The notes under the pieces were generated by a model. It was not told the DNA's origin. It made no database searches and saw only the letters and a list, made by a program, of their open reading frames with translations. DNA of 64,000 bases from Octopus vulgaris (Eukaryota), in NCBI GenBank assembly GCA_951406725.2, contig OX597826.1:10416001-10480000 (forward strand). The letters run 5' to 3'. Numbering within the stretch: position 1 is the first letter of the stretch; each line of letters starts with the position of its first letter. This document shows positions 53,015-64,000 of the stretch, one piece after another. The position numbers and the translations under genes were made by a program.

Positions 53015-55153
53015 GGAAAAGAACATGGTAAATGGTAAATATGATACCTGAAAATTGCTCCTGTAGGCATTGATTTTGAGGAAACAAAGAAATTAATAAT
53101 AACAACAAAAAAAAACTCCCAGATACTTTGTCTTTATTGATTTACTAATGTGTCATCATTATGAGATGCGAATAGTGTCTTGCAGGGTTAGATTCTTTGT
53201 TAGACATGCTACAATACAAATTTGATTCTCAGATGATTCCTTCTACTTATTCCTTTTTCCATTTATAATTTTCATTCATAGAGACAAACAGAGAAAAAAA
53301 TGGTTTTTTCTTTCCCCCTTAGGATGTACAGTTTATATGAATATGAATATGAAGTCTTGGAATGAGGACCTTAACACAGTCCATACAATTCTTCTTAGTA
53401 ACTGACCAAAATCACTGAGAGAAACAGTAACTGACCACTGTCCAGAAGGTTAAAGGTTTATATTCTGTCAGTTGTGCTGAATTGTGTGAAAAAAAAAATA
53501 CCTCGTTAAAACAATACTTCGTTAGCAAAAGCTTTTTCAGTGAAGTTCAAAAACAATTGCCATGAATAGGCAGAGCTTCGGGCTGTTATGCACTCTTTGA
53601 ATGATAAGTGTTTCATTGGCTTGTAGTGTTGAACTTAGATTCTCCCAGGGTGTGGTCGGGGGGGAGGGGGGCATTAATATAGATTAACATCTTATTGAAG
53701 GTAAAAAAGTCTTTTCAGTTTTAGGACAACATACCTTCTGGATGAACAGGTTCCCTTCGTTAGCTGATCACTCCATAGTCTGCAGATGAAATCAAGTACT
53801 TGACTTTTTTACCATTATATGTGTTTATCAATGGATAACATGTCTTGTTCAATTCTAGACGAGATCAGTGATGTCCAGCTTCTGTTGACCATACCCCACT
53901 GCTGGTGCAAGCTAATAAAGTATTTGGCAGTTTTACGGTGTTGCTGGCAGCACCATTGCTGATAGCAGTGTTTTCCTTATTCTGTTGTACCTATTTACAG
54001 TTAAGCAGACTGGGCCATTTAACCCTTAAGCATTCAGATTATTCTGTCAAATGTAATGCTTATTTATTCACATTGTTTTTTAATCAATCATGCTTCAAGA
54101 TATTTTATTTTTAGAATGACATTGTAGGGTAGGTGTGAGAGGCTGAATCTGGTCAGTTTGAATATAAAATAGATAGAATATTTGGGCCAGATATGGTTGG
54201 TTTAAATGTCAAAGAGTTGTACTGATGACAAAATGTGAAACACCAGCTTAGATGAACCGTCCACTTTCTCCTGGTAACAGCAGTGAATGAAAAGAAAAAC
54301 ATAAACAATACAAACAGGAAACATATCTCTAAACAAGCAGTATTTCCTAAGTGCCACTAAGGACTGATATTAATATGAACTGCAAGAGAGGAAGCATTAG
54401 TTTCCTGGATACAGTTTAGTAAGGACTATGAGATGATAATTCAAGAATAGGACAAGAACAATGGCCACTTCCCAAAAAAACTCCACACAAGTGAACTAAG
54501 TTTTTATCAAAATAATTAAGTACAAGTAGGTATGACTAAAACAATAGTGTTTCAGACTGGATGGTTCCCTGTTAGCTTAATGGGGCTTGTATCATGAGGA
54601 AGTATACGCAGCCAACTGATCTGCTAGAAATTGCAGAGAAATCCCCCTCAAAGTACATCCTAGCATTTTAATCTTGGGTGGTATCAGAGTGAACTCATTA
54701 ACACATTGGACAAAATGCTTAGCAGCATTTCGTCTGTCTTTATGTTCTGAGTTCAAATTCTGCAAAGGTCGACTTTGCCTTTCTTCCTTTCAGGATTGAT
54801 AAAATAAGTACCAGTTGATAACTGGGGGTTGATGTAATTGACTTCTCACATCCTTTGAACTTGCTGACCTTGTGTCAAAATTCGAAACCATTATTAGTGT
54901 TTTGAGGGGCAATTGTTCACACATTGGACAGAATGGCTAGCTGTATCACTTCCTGCTTTTTACATTCTGAATTCAAATTCCACCGAGGTTGACTTTGCCT
55001 CTTGTTCTTTCAGGGTTAATAAAATAAAATGCAAGTCAAAGTCCTAGAGTTGATGTAACTGACTAACCCCCTCCCTTGAAAATTACTGACCTTCTACCAA
55101 ATTTAGAAAGAAGTATTAAGCTATTGTTTGGAACATAAATTAACAGGAAATTG

Positions 55154-55838
55154 TCATCATCATCATCATCATCGTTTAATGTCTGTTTTCCATGCTAGCA
55201 TGGGTTGGACGGTTCAACAGGGGTCTGGGAAGCCAGGAGGCTGCACCAGGCTCCAGTCTGATCTGGCAGTGTTTCTACAGCTGGATGCCCTTCCTAACAC
55301 CAACCACTCCGTGAGTGTAGTGGGTGCTTTTTACATGCCACCGGCACAGGGGCCAGAGGAGGCTGGCAAACGGCCACGATCGGTTGGTGCTTTTTACATG
55401 CCACTGGCACGGATGCCAGTCAAGGCGGCGCTGGCATCGGCCACATTCGGATAGTGCTTTTTATGTGCCACCGGCATGGGTATCACAACTATAATTTCCA
55501 TTTGATTTTTATTTTGATGTACTTGACTCAATAGCACAGTAGATCACCCTATGATCCAAGATAAACATAGCAGGCCGTCCTGCGAGCCATGAACTCACTT
55601 CATTTGTTGGGTCTTTGTAGTCACAGTATATCTCCAGAGGTCTCAGCCTTTCGTCATTGCCTCTGTGAGGCCCAACGTTTGAAGGTCATGCTTGACCACC
55701 TCATCCCATATCTTCCTGGGTCTTCCTCTACCCCCGGATTCCTTCAACAGTTTGGGAGTGGCACTTCTTCACACATCTCTCCTCATCCATCTGTAGTACA
55801 TGACCATACCAATGCAAACGTCTCTCCTGCATGCCACA
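55154..55838 (-). mobile_element. 5'-truncated RTE-clade LINE: ORF2 C-terminus, 3' UTR and (GAT)n tail
   Basis: Minus strand MQERRLHWYGHVLQMDEERCVKK.../RGRPRKIWDEVVKHDLQTLGLTEAMT...LWR (one frameshift, one stop), contiguous with the family D UTR. Confidence 0.85.
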
Positions 55839-56433
55839 GTCGTTGCTTCATAAAGTTTGTATCATAGAACTTTGGGCCATCTCAGGACGGTTGATATGAA
55901 AAGGGCTACTAAAGTTACTGATTGCTAAATCTCGGTTTTTGAGGAAATTATTAATAGGTACCTCCATCATCAAAATAACACTAGTAATTTATATAAAATC
56001 AGTTATTAATCATGCAATTTTTTTAGATTAAAGATATAATCGCTTGAAAACTCTTTTGATTATGACCCAAAGAGGGAGCCAACCAGGAGTTGGGAACTCC
56101 TCACATTCAAATTCAAAACCCACCAGCTGATAATGTTTCTAAAAAATAAAAAAACGAATTATATGAAAAGAGGAACAAACAAACAAAAAAACCGTTTAAG
56201 ATCAAGACCAGTAATTTAATACATACATTTATAAAATTAAATATTCATTAATTTTCTCAGCACAGATGTACTTTTGTAGGTGCTTATGTACTTGTAATTT
56301 GCCCCTGGTAATAAAACGTTTCCCTACTCCTACCCTAAGTGGTTGCTGAAGCTGCTAGAAATAACAGCCAAATTTTCAGCCACTTACAACCTTTTTAATA
56401 ATGATGATGGTGATGGTGGTGGTGGTAGTGGTG

Positions 56434-56477
<44 letters not shown>

Positions 56478-56478
<1 letters not shown>

Positions 56479-56696
56479 TCAAGTTTTTGCCACAAGGGCA
56501 GCTTGTGGGACGTGGGGATTACATTGATCCCAGTGTGCAACTGGTACTTATTTTATCGACCCCAACAGGATGGAAGGCAAAGTTGACCTTGGTGGAACTC
56601 AGAACGTAGTGATGAGTGAAATAATGCTAAATATTTCATTCAGCGTGCTAACAATTCTGCCAGCTCACCACCTTAATAATGATGATGATGATGATG

Positions 56697-56747
<51 letters not shown>

Positions 56748-57300
56748 GTAATAATAATAATAATAGTAATAATTATAATGGTTTCAAAGTTTGGCACAAG
56801 GCCAGCAATTTCAGGAGACGGTGTAAGTACTCAATGCTCAACCGATACTTATTTTATCAGCCCCAAAAGAGTGAAAGGCAAAGTAGATCATAGCGGAATT
56901 TCAACCCAGAAAAGTTGTGAAACATTTTCTTCAAATGATTTTGTTAGCTCACCACCTTTTGATAATACTATTAATAATAATGGTTTCTGATTTAGGCACA
57001 AAGCCCTCAATTTTAGGAGAGGGCTTAATCAATATCCTTGATCCCAGAACTAGACTAGCACTTTAATAATAATAATCATAATAATCCTTTCTGCTATAGA
57101 CACATGGCCTGAAATTCTGTGGGTGAGGTCTAATCAATAACATCAGCCCCAGTGCTCAACTGATACTTATTTTATCAATTCCAAAAGTATGAAAGGTAAA
57201 GTCAACCTCAGTGGAATTTGATCTCAGAAAGTTAAGATGGTTGAAATACTGCTAAGCATTTTGTTCAACATGCTACCAGTTCTACCAAGCTCGCTGCCTT
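56478..57300 (-). mobile_element. Array of same-orientation family B SINEs with (AAT)n spacers
   Basis: Three to four copies. Confidence 0.7.
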
Positions 57301-57337
57301 GATAATAATCATGATGATGGTGCTGCTGCTGTTGCTG

Positions 57338-57666
57338 TTGAGCGAACGGTCTTCGTCCCAGATCTCGCAAGATGGGAGAAGTCCGAAACGTGGTCTTTTG
57401 CTATTCGTAAGACCCGCAGAAGAGAAAGCAGGTCAACCCCCGACACCGAGAGCATCGACGGATGGATGAATGCGCATCCAGGCTCAGCGGTTGCGTAGGA
57501 AGTCGGGGACAAGAAACAGGAAGAAAGAGTGAGAGAAAGTTGGAGCCGCGTGGAGCTTTAGGTGTTTTCGCTCAATAAACACACACAACGCCCGGTCTGG
57601 GAATTGAAACCGCGGTCGGAGGATCGTGAGTCCGCTGCTCTAACCACTGGGCCATTGCGCCTCCAC
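57338..57666 (-). mobile_element. SINE family C head with a third tail type
   Basis: Head matches family C; unique CpG-rich tail; 17-bp TSD TGCTGCTGCTGTTGCTG. Confidence 0.8.
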
Positions 57667-58034
57667 TTTGCTGCTGCTGTTGCTGGTGGTGGTTTCTTTT
57701 ATTTACAACAAAAACAGGAGATGGGTGGGGGGCACTAAAAAGACAGTTTACTATTTGTATGAGGGTTTGCCATCCAAAGATGAAAGGAAGAATGAGAGGC
57801 GGGGAATGCAATACAAACAAGTGTATTCATAATGTTCCAAATATGTGAACATATGGCTGATGCATTCCTCTCAATAGAGGAGAGCTTCCAAATTAGCCAA
57901 TCAAAAAAACAAAAAAGATATCCTTACAGCCACTCTTTACCCTGCAGACTTAGTCCTCGATAAAGATTTTGGAGTGTAAGTCATTTGTGCATCACTACCT
58001 CCTGTTTGTATTGAGCATTTCTGGATTTCACCAG

Positions 58035-58089
<55 letters not shown>

Positions 58090-58251
58090 TCTCTCTATAT
58101 ATATATATGTAGGTCCCGGGTTGAGTCGGGGTTAACCACAGTAAATAAGGTACTCAATACATAGCAGAGTAAATTAATTTATTTTATAGAAGGAGCTTCT
58201 ACAGGACTAGTCCTGTAGAAGCTCCTTCTATAAAATAAAATATATATATAT

Positions 58252-58282
<31 letters not shown>

Positions 58283-58472
58283 TGTGACCTTGTGTGTACC
58301 GTTGGCGATTTTTTTTTTCTCTGTCTTTCCTTCTCCTATGATTCTGACGAAGAGCTCCGCTCGAAACGTTAAACCCTCCTTCTTTCCTTATTTCCTGAGC
58401 GTCCAATAATACTATATTTGTTCCATGTCCTTGCATTGTTATGTTTTTTTGTGCTTTCTTGTTTGGATTAAC
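58283..58472 (+). mobile_element. Hammerhead-bearing short element ending in (TA)n
   Basis: CTGACGA-AGAGCTCCGCTC-GAAAC-GTTA-AAC at 58344-58374: canonical core, stem II GAGC/GCTC. Confidence 0.65.
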
Positions 58473-58504
<32 letters not shown>

Positions 58505-58839
58505 ATCATATATTTAATTTTATTTGTTAGGAAATAAAAATTCCGGCATAACAGGGTTTCAAATTATTCTTAAAGAAGAAATATATATTTTCATCTAGAG
58601 ATAGTAGGCCCCTTATGAAACCCATGTAGCCAAGTTATAAAGTAGTAGGTATTTAAAATAAAAATTCTTTTTTATATGGTGAGATGAAGGGGCCTACTAT
58701 CTCTAAATGAAAATATATAATCATATATATATATAATTGAAAAATAAGATAAAATCTTCATAAGAATTTATCAAGTAGCTAGTGTGAAAAACCTCATAAG
58801 GGAAAAATCCATCAATTATTCCTCTTAAATAGATTTTTT

Positions 58840-59015
58840 TATATTAAGGGCATTACTATACATAAATGCCTCACGCTAGGAGAGACTCTAAAAGTCAAAA
58901 CTACCATAATAAATATACACATTGTACCGAATTCAGTACAATGTGTTTATTTATTATGGTAGTTTTGACTTTAAGAGTCCCTCCTAGCATGAGGCATTTA
59001 TGTATAGTAATGCCC

Positions 59016-59022
<7 letters not shown>
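58840..59022. repeat. Near-perfect ~180-bp palindrome centred on GAATTC (58929), ending in (TA)n
   Basis: ATATTAAGGGCATTACTATACATAAATGCCTCA... and its reverse complement. Confidence 0.9.
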
Positions 59023-59057
<35 letters not shown>

Positions 59058-59548
59058 CAGGACAATTACACCCCATAGGACAATTCACCCAATGACAACT
59101 ACCTCCAGGACAATTACCCCCTCTCTAATATATCGACTTTGCCTTTCATCCTTTCGAGGTCATCATCTGTTGTCCTTGGTGAGGTTATTGTCCATGGAGG
59201 GTAAATGTCCGAGACTCATATATATATATATATATATATATGTATGGGTATGTATGTGTATGTTTGTGTCTCCTTGTTTTGACATCATGTGATAGGTGTA
59301 AATGATTGTCCTGATCATACAAGCAATGTCATGCATTTCTAATATTCTGCAAAAAACATGTATGGTTGTGAAGAAATATTATCTTGCTTACAAGCAGGTG
59401 AGGGCTGATAACAGGAAGGACATTTGGCCATAGAAAATCTGCCTCAATAAACTCCATCCAACCCATACAGGAATGGAAACATGGACATTAAAATATGATG
59501 ATGATGATGAAGACAAAAAAATAATGTAGTCCCAGATACACTAAGCAG

Positions 59549-59746
59549 CATCATCATCATCATCATCATCATCGTTTAGCGTCCGCTTTCCATGCTAGCA
59601 TGGGTTGGACGGGTCAACTGGGGTCTGTGAAGCTGGAAGGCTTCGTCAGGCCCAGTCAGATCTGGCAGTGTTTCTACGGCTGGATGCCCTTCCTAACGCC
59701 AACCATTCCGCGAGTGTAGTGGGTGTTTTTTACGTGCCACCTGCAC
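59549..59746 (-). mobile_element. RTE LINE 3' end fragment (family D)
   Basis: Family D sequence. Confidence 0.75.
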
Positions 59747-60086
59747 AGAGCATGAAAATATAAAATAGGATGGTGCCTTCTAAATAGGCCTGATGGATCA
59801 GAGCCAGCCTAGGGTCAAACAATAACAACAAAAGTTTTATATTGATATACAGTGATGAAGGTTCGCTAGCCTGGTAGACTCTTTTGTTAAGCTATATTTA
59901 TGGGATAATTTTTGAACTTGGTACCCTAACAAAACCTCATAGTTGAAAACTTTGTCTTAGTTTATTTTATGTAAAGTTGTTATTGTTGTTTGTCACCAGA
60001 TCTACTCTGCCCTAATCAAGCACATCTTTGATCAGAAGCTTCTCTGCCATGACCATCATCCCATGTTTTTTTTTTTTTTTTCACCA

Positions 60087-60495
60087 GTGCAGGAGTGGCT
60101 GTGTGGTAAGTAGCTTGTTTACCAACCACATTGTTCCGGGTTCAGTCCCACTGCGTGGCACCTTGGGCAAGTGTCTTCTACTATAGCCTCGGGCCGACCA
60201 AAGCCTTGTGAGTGGATTTGGTAGACGGAAACTGAAAGAAGCCCGTCATATATATGTATATATATATATGTGTGTGTGTGTTTGTGTGTCTGTGTTTGTC
60301 CCCCTAGTATTGCTTGACAACCGATGCTGGTGTGTTTATGTCCCTGTTACTTAGCGGTTCTGCAAAAGGGACCGATAAAATAAGTACTGGGCTTACAAAA
60401 AGAATAAGACCCAGGGTCGAGTTGCTTGATTAAAGGCAGTGCTCCAGCATGGCCGCAGTCAAATGACTGAAACAAGTAAAAGAGTAAAAGAGTAA
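60087..60495 (+). mobile_element. SINE family A nested in a family F repeat
   Basis: Full-length copy; the F halves flank it. Confidence 0.85.
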
Positions 60496-60978
60496 ATTTA
60501 TCTTATCTATATCAGCACTTACCCATTTTTAAGCAGTAGGGTGTGATTTGGGAAAATTTGGCAGTTATTTCTAGCAGATCAGTTTGAACATGTTGAGGTT
60601 CCCACTTTGACTCTTTGAAAGTTAATTGAAACACATAAGCAGATTACTTCATTAGAAATATGGTCACAAAAGGATTAACCTCACAGCTCACTGCCATATG
60701 CTTCTCTATTTCAGTGTTCACAACTTTAACCCCTTAACATTCAGATTACTCTCTCTCCCAAGTCCAATTCTTATTTATTCACATAGTTTTGAATTAATCA
60801 TGCAACATAGGCATAAGAGTGGCTGTGTGGTAAGTAGCTTGCTTACGAACCACATGGTTCCGGGTTCAGACCCACTGCGTGGCACCTTGGGCAAGTGTCT
60901 TCTACTATAGCCTTGGGCCGACCAAAGCCTTGTGAGTGGATTTGGTAGACGGAAACTGAAAGAAGCCCATCGTATATA

Positions 60979-61037
<59 letters not shown>

Positions 61038-61445
61038 ACCAAATTCACTGACAAGGCATTAGTTGACCTGGGGTTATAGTAGAAGACACTTACTGAAGAT
61101 GTCATGCAGTGGGACTGAACCCGAAACCACATGGTTGCAAAGTGAGCAACCACACAGAAGTAAAGGTAAAGCTACCTTCTTGTGTGATGTCAACACATAA
61201 GGGCCAGTTTTCCAATGTCCTTGGCATATATATTTCCCTACCTGGATGGGATGCCAGTCTGTCACAGGGCTACTCATGTTTGCCAGCTGAGTGGACTGGA
61301 GCAATGTGAAATGGAGTGTTTTGCTCAAAAACACCTGTCACCTGGCCCAGCAATCAAAACCACAATATTATGATCATGAATACAACACCTTAACCATTGA
61401 GCCACACACCTCCACAACCACACAGCAATACTTGTGACTAATTAA

Positions 61446-61820
61446 TCATCATCATCATTGTTCGACTGTGGTCGAGACAATAGAATTTACTATGCTACGC
61501 CAGACTTCACAGTCCATCATAGCATTATGGAGGTCCTGTTGCTGGATGCCTCTATCCCTGGAGATTACATCAGGGTAGGAGAGTGTGCGCCCTCTGGTAT
61601 CGCGAGTAGATGGCTTCCAGAGGAGAAGAGTAAAAATTACCTCGTTTTCAGCTCTACAACAATGTCCAGCAAACTGGACTCTTCTACCTTTCACAAGAGA
61701 TGATACAGGTGGTAGTTTCCCATATATTTGTACTTTGGTTGGATGACGCTTCCACGAGAGATTTTGAGCTCTCATAAGGAGGCGAGTGTAAGTTCCATCC
61801 AACCACCTCTCAAGCTTCTT
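61446..61820 (-). mobile_element. 5'-truncated RTE/RTE-X-type LINE (second family), ORF2 C-terminus still open
   Basis: LDGTYTRLLMRAQNLSWKRHPT...LPPVS...RRVQFAGHCCR...LLLWKP...AMMDCEVWR. The stop codon runs straight into (TGA)n; 8-bp TSD CTAATTAA. Confidence 0.85.
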
Positions 61821-62527
61821 CTAATTAAAATAATGCAAGTGTTCATACAAAAATTAGTTATTGAACTTGCACTTAGTTGGATTATAGATTTAACTGTTTT
61901 GAGTTTGACCCAGAATGGGAACCACAGCATCAGGAGCAGGGAACCCTTCATTTACATTCAAATTCAAAGCCCTTAAGTTGACTACATCTCTAAAAACAAG
62001 TAGTATATAAAAAAAAAAGAAAGAAACAGTAAAATTTTTAAGATCAAGACCAGTAATTTAATACATATATTTATTAAATTAAACATTCATTAATTTTTGT
62101 TCAGCACAGTTGTACTTTCATTAGTGCTTAGGTACTTATAAGTTGTCCCTGGTATGAAAAAATTTCCCCCCTCTCCTGCACTTTGTGTATGCTCAAACTG
62201 CTAGAAATAACAACCAAATCTCTTTCTAATCACCTTCAATTATCTATAATAATCATAATAACTGCTAATAGTAGTAATAACAATAATAATAATGAAGCAC
62301 TCATTAATTATCTTGTACTCCTGCTGGCTCTAATGGAGAAATTAAACACATTGGCTCCTATATAACCCACTGGAGGGATCATGGTGACATGTTAGCAAGA
62401 TCCATACATCCATCTGGTGACTTGTATCCTTATTTCTTTTCTAGGAGTCTTTTGAAAACCAGCGCACTACAAATGTATAAGCATGTGATTACGACTTGCA
62501 AGAACAACATCTTGTTTTTTTATATAT

Positions 62528-62730
62528 ACTCTTTTACTTGTTTCAGTCATTTGACTGCAGCCATGCTGGAGCACCGCCTTTAGTCGAGCAAATTGACCCC
62601 GGGACTTATTGTTTTGTAAGGCCAGTACTTATTCTATCGGTCTCTTTTGCCGAACTGCTAAGTAACGGGGACATAAACACACCAGCATCGGTTGTCAAGC
62701 AATGCTAGGGGGACAAACACAGGCACACAA

Positions 62731-62761
<31 letters not shown>

Positions 62762-62932
62762 CATATATACGACAGGTTTCTTTCAGTTTCCGTCTACCAA
62801 ATCCACTTACAAGGCTTTGGTCGGCCCGAGACTATAGCAGAAGACACTTGCCCAAGATGCCATGCAGTGGGACTGAACTCGGAACCATGTGGCTGGTTAG
62901 CAAGCAACTTACCACACAGCCACTCCTGCGCC
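62528..62932 (-). mobile_element. SINE family A (full length)
   Basis: Homologous to 989-1392. Confidence 0.85.
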
Positions 62933-63309
62933 TATATATTTTATAAATTATTTTTGTTTTTCTTTTGATTTTCACATTTATATCATACTTTTAACAAAAA
63001 ATGAGTGAACAGAAAATATAATTTGCAAAACCGGAAGGTACCAAATGATTCATCTGTAGGGGCATGGATGGAAAACACAATCTATGTGATTCTTACTTCA
63101 TGTATGATACAGCGAAAAAATATGGTTTCATATCAAAACTAATTAGGATATTGCATTAGGGCTTTGGGACAAAATGAAAAATGGGGCCCAGGAGCCATCA
63201 TGTTGAAAGATACCAGATAACCTAACGATAAGTCAATAGTTTATAATCCACCATATTGATCAAAACATTTTGTGTTTCCATAGTTTCCATAGCTTTAAGT
63301 AGGTGCTTG

Positions 63310-63734
63310 GGATCTTTTCGGTTTGAACGGCAGTTTTTAACATAATTTCTAGGTAACTAAAAAATTTTAAACTTCGTATACTGCTAGAATGTGTTTATAA
63401 AACATCTTTTTCTCTTGGCTTTATTGAGAAAATTCTATAGTTTGTAACATATTTGTTGTTTTTTTCTTCAATTTCTGAAATTTCAACCAATCACTGACGT
63501 TTATTGAGGTAAAAAAAAACATTCTGTGCCGTATGAATATGTCCCTCGTTTAAGAAATAGATTGGGTTTATTTACATTGGTGAAGAAAAAAAGATACCCT
63601 TCCCCCCACTCCTAACCCTAACCCTAACCCTAAAACAGATTGAAATGCAATAGATCGATACTAGGGTCATAATTAAGGGTGACAATTTCATATGACACCG
63701 CTAGAAAAAACTGCCGTCCAAACCGAAAGGATCC
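63310..63734. mobile_element. MITE with GG-starting ~29-bp TIRs and 8-bp TSD (Merlin-like)
   Basis: GGATCTTTTCGGTTTGAACGGCAGTTTTT / AAAAACTGCCGTCCAAACCGAAAGGATCC; TSD GGTGCTTG at 63302-63309 and 63735-63742. Confidence 0.85.
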
Positions 63735-63795
63735 GGTGCTTGTAGTCAGAATAGTTTGCTTTGTAGTTTACTGATACCTGTGACAATGTTGTAAA

Positions 63796-64000
63796 ATTGG
63801 TTTCAAATATTGGCACAAGGCCTGCAATTTCAGGGCAGAGAGTAAGTTGATTGCATTGTACTCAGTGCTCAACTGGTACTTGGTTTATTGACCCTGAAAA
63901 GATGAAAGGCAAAGTCAACCTCTGCAGTATTTGAACTCAGACTGTGACGACGGATGAAATGCCTCTAAGCATTTTGCCCAGTGTGGTAATGATTCTGCCA
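63796..64000 (-). mobile_element. SINE family B
   Basis: Meta-like core; runs off the end of the window. Confidence 0.75.

Noticed and set aside
53380-54600. Complex unique sequence that might be coding
   Set aside because: No sustained ORF or recognisable motif; possibly an ancient repeat.
63611-63633. Telomere or chromosome end
   Set aside because: Fewer than four units, and internal to a TIR element.

Overview
AT-rich eukaryotic non-coding DNA (intronic or intergenic), packed with microsatellites and transposons. The SINE families (tRNA head plus CORE-, Meta- or V-like bodies), (GAT)n-tailed RTE remnants and the microsatellite density point to an octopus/cephalopod genome; this is recognition from memory, not a database result. 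No intact host gene can be supported. Almost all ORFs in the track come from microsatellites or SINEs. The only protein-like segments are decayed LINE ORF2 fragments: RTE C-termini at 55.6 kb and 61.5 kb, a tandem C2H2 zinc-finger LINE end at 48.1 kb, and Jockey/CR1-group pieces at 9.8 kb and 49.2 kb. Several MITEs have clear TIRs and TSDs. The most striking unexplained signal is a set of about ten short, mutually dissimilar elements lying in or beside (TA)n/(CA)n tracts. They carry type I hammerhead-ribozyme folds (CUGANGA...GAAAC...GUA with complementary stem I) and/or fold-back inverted duplications, and look like Penelope-like pLTR or retrozyme remnants. Other findings include SINE head/tail shuffling, an RTE 3' UTR shared with a SINE, short templated duplications and a 6-kb SINE-poor purine/pyrimidine-skewed island.
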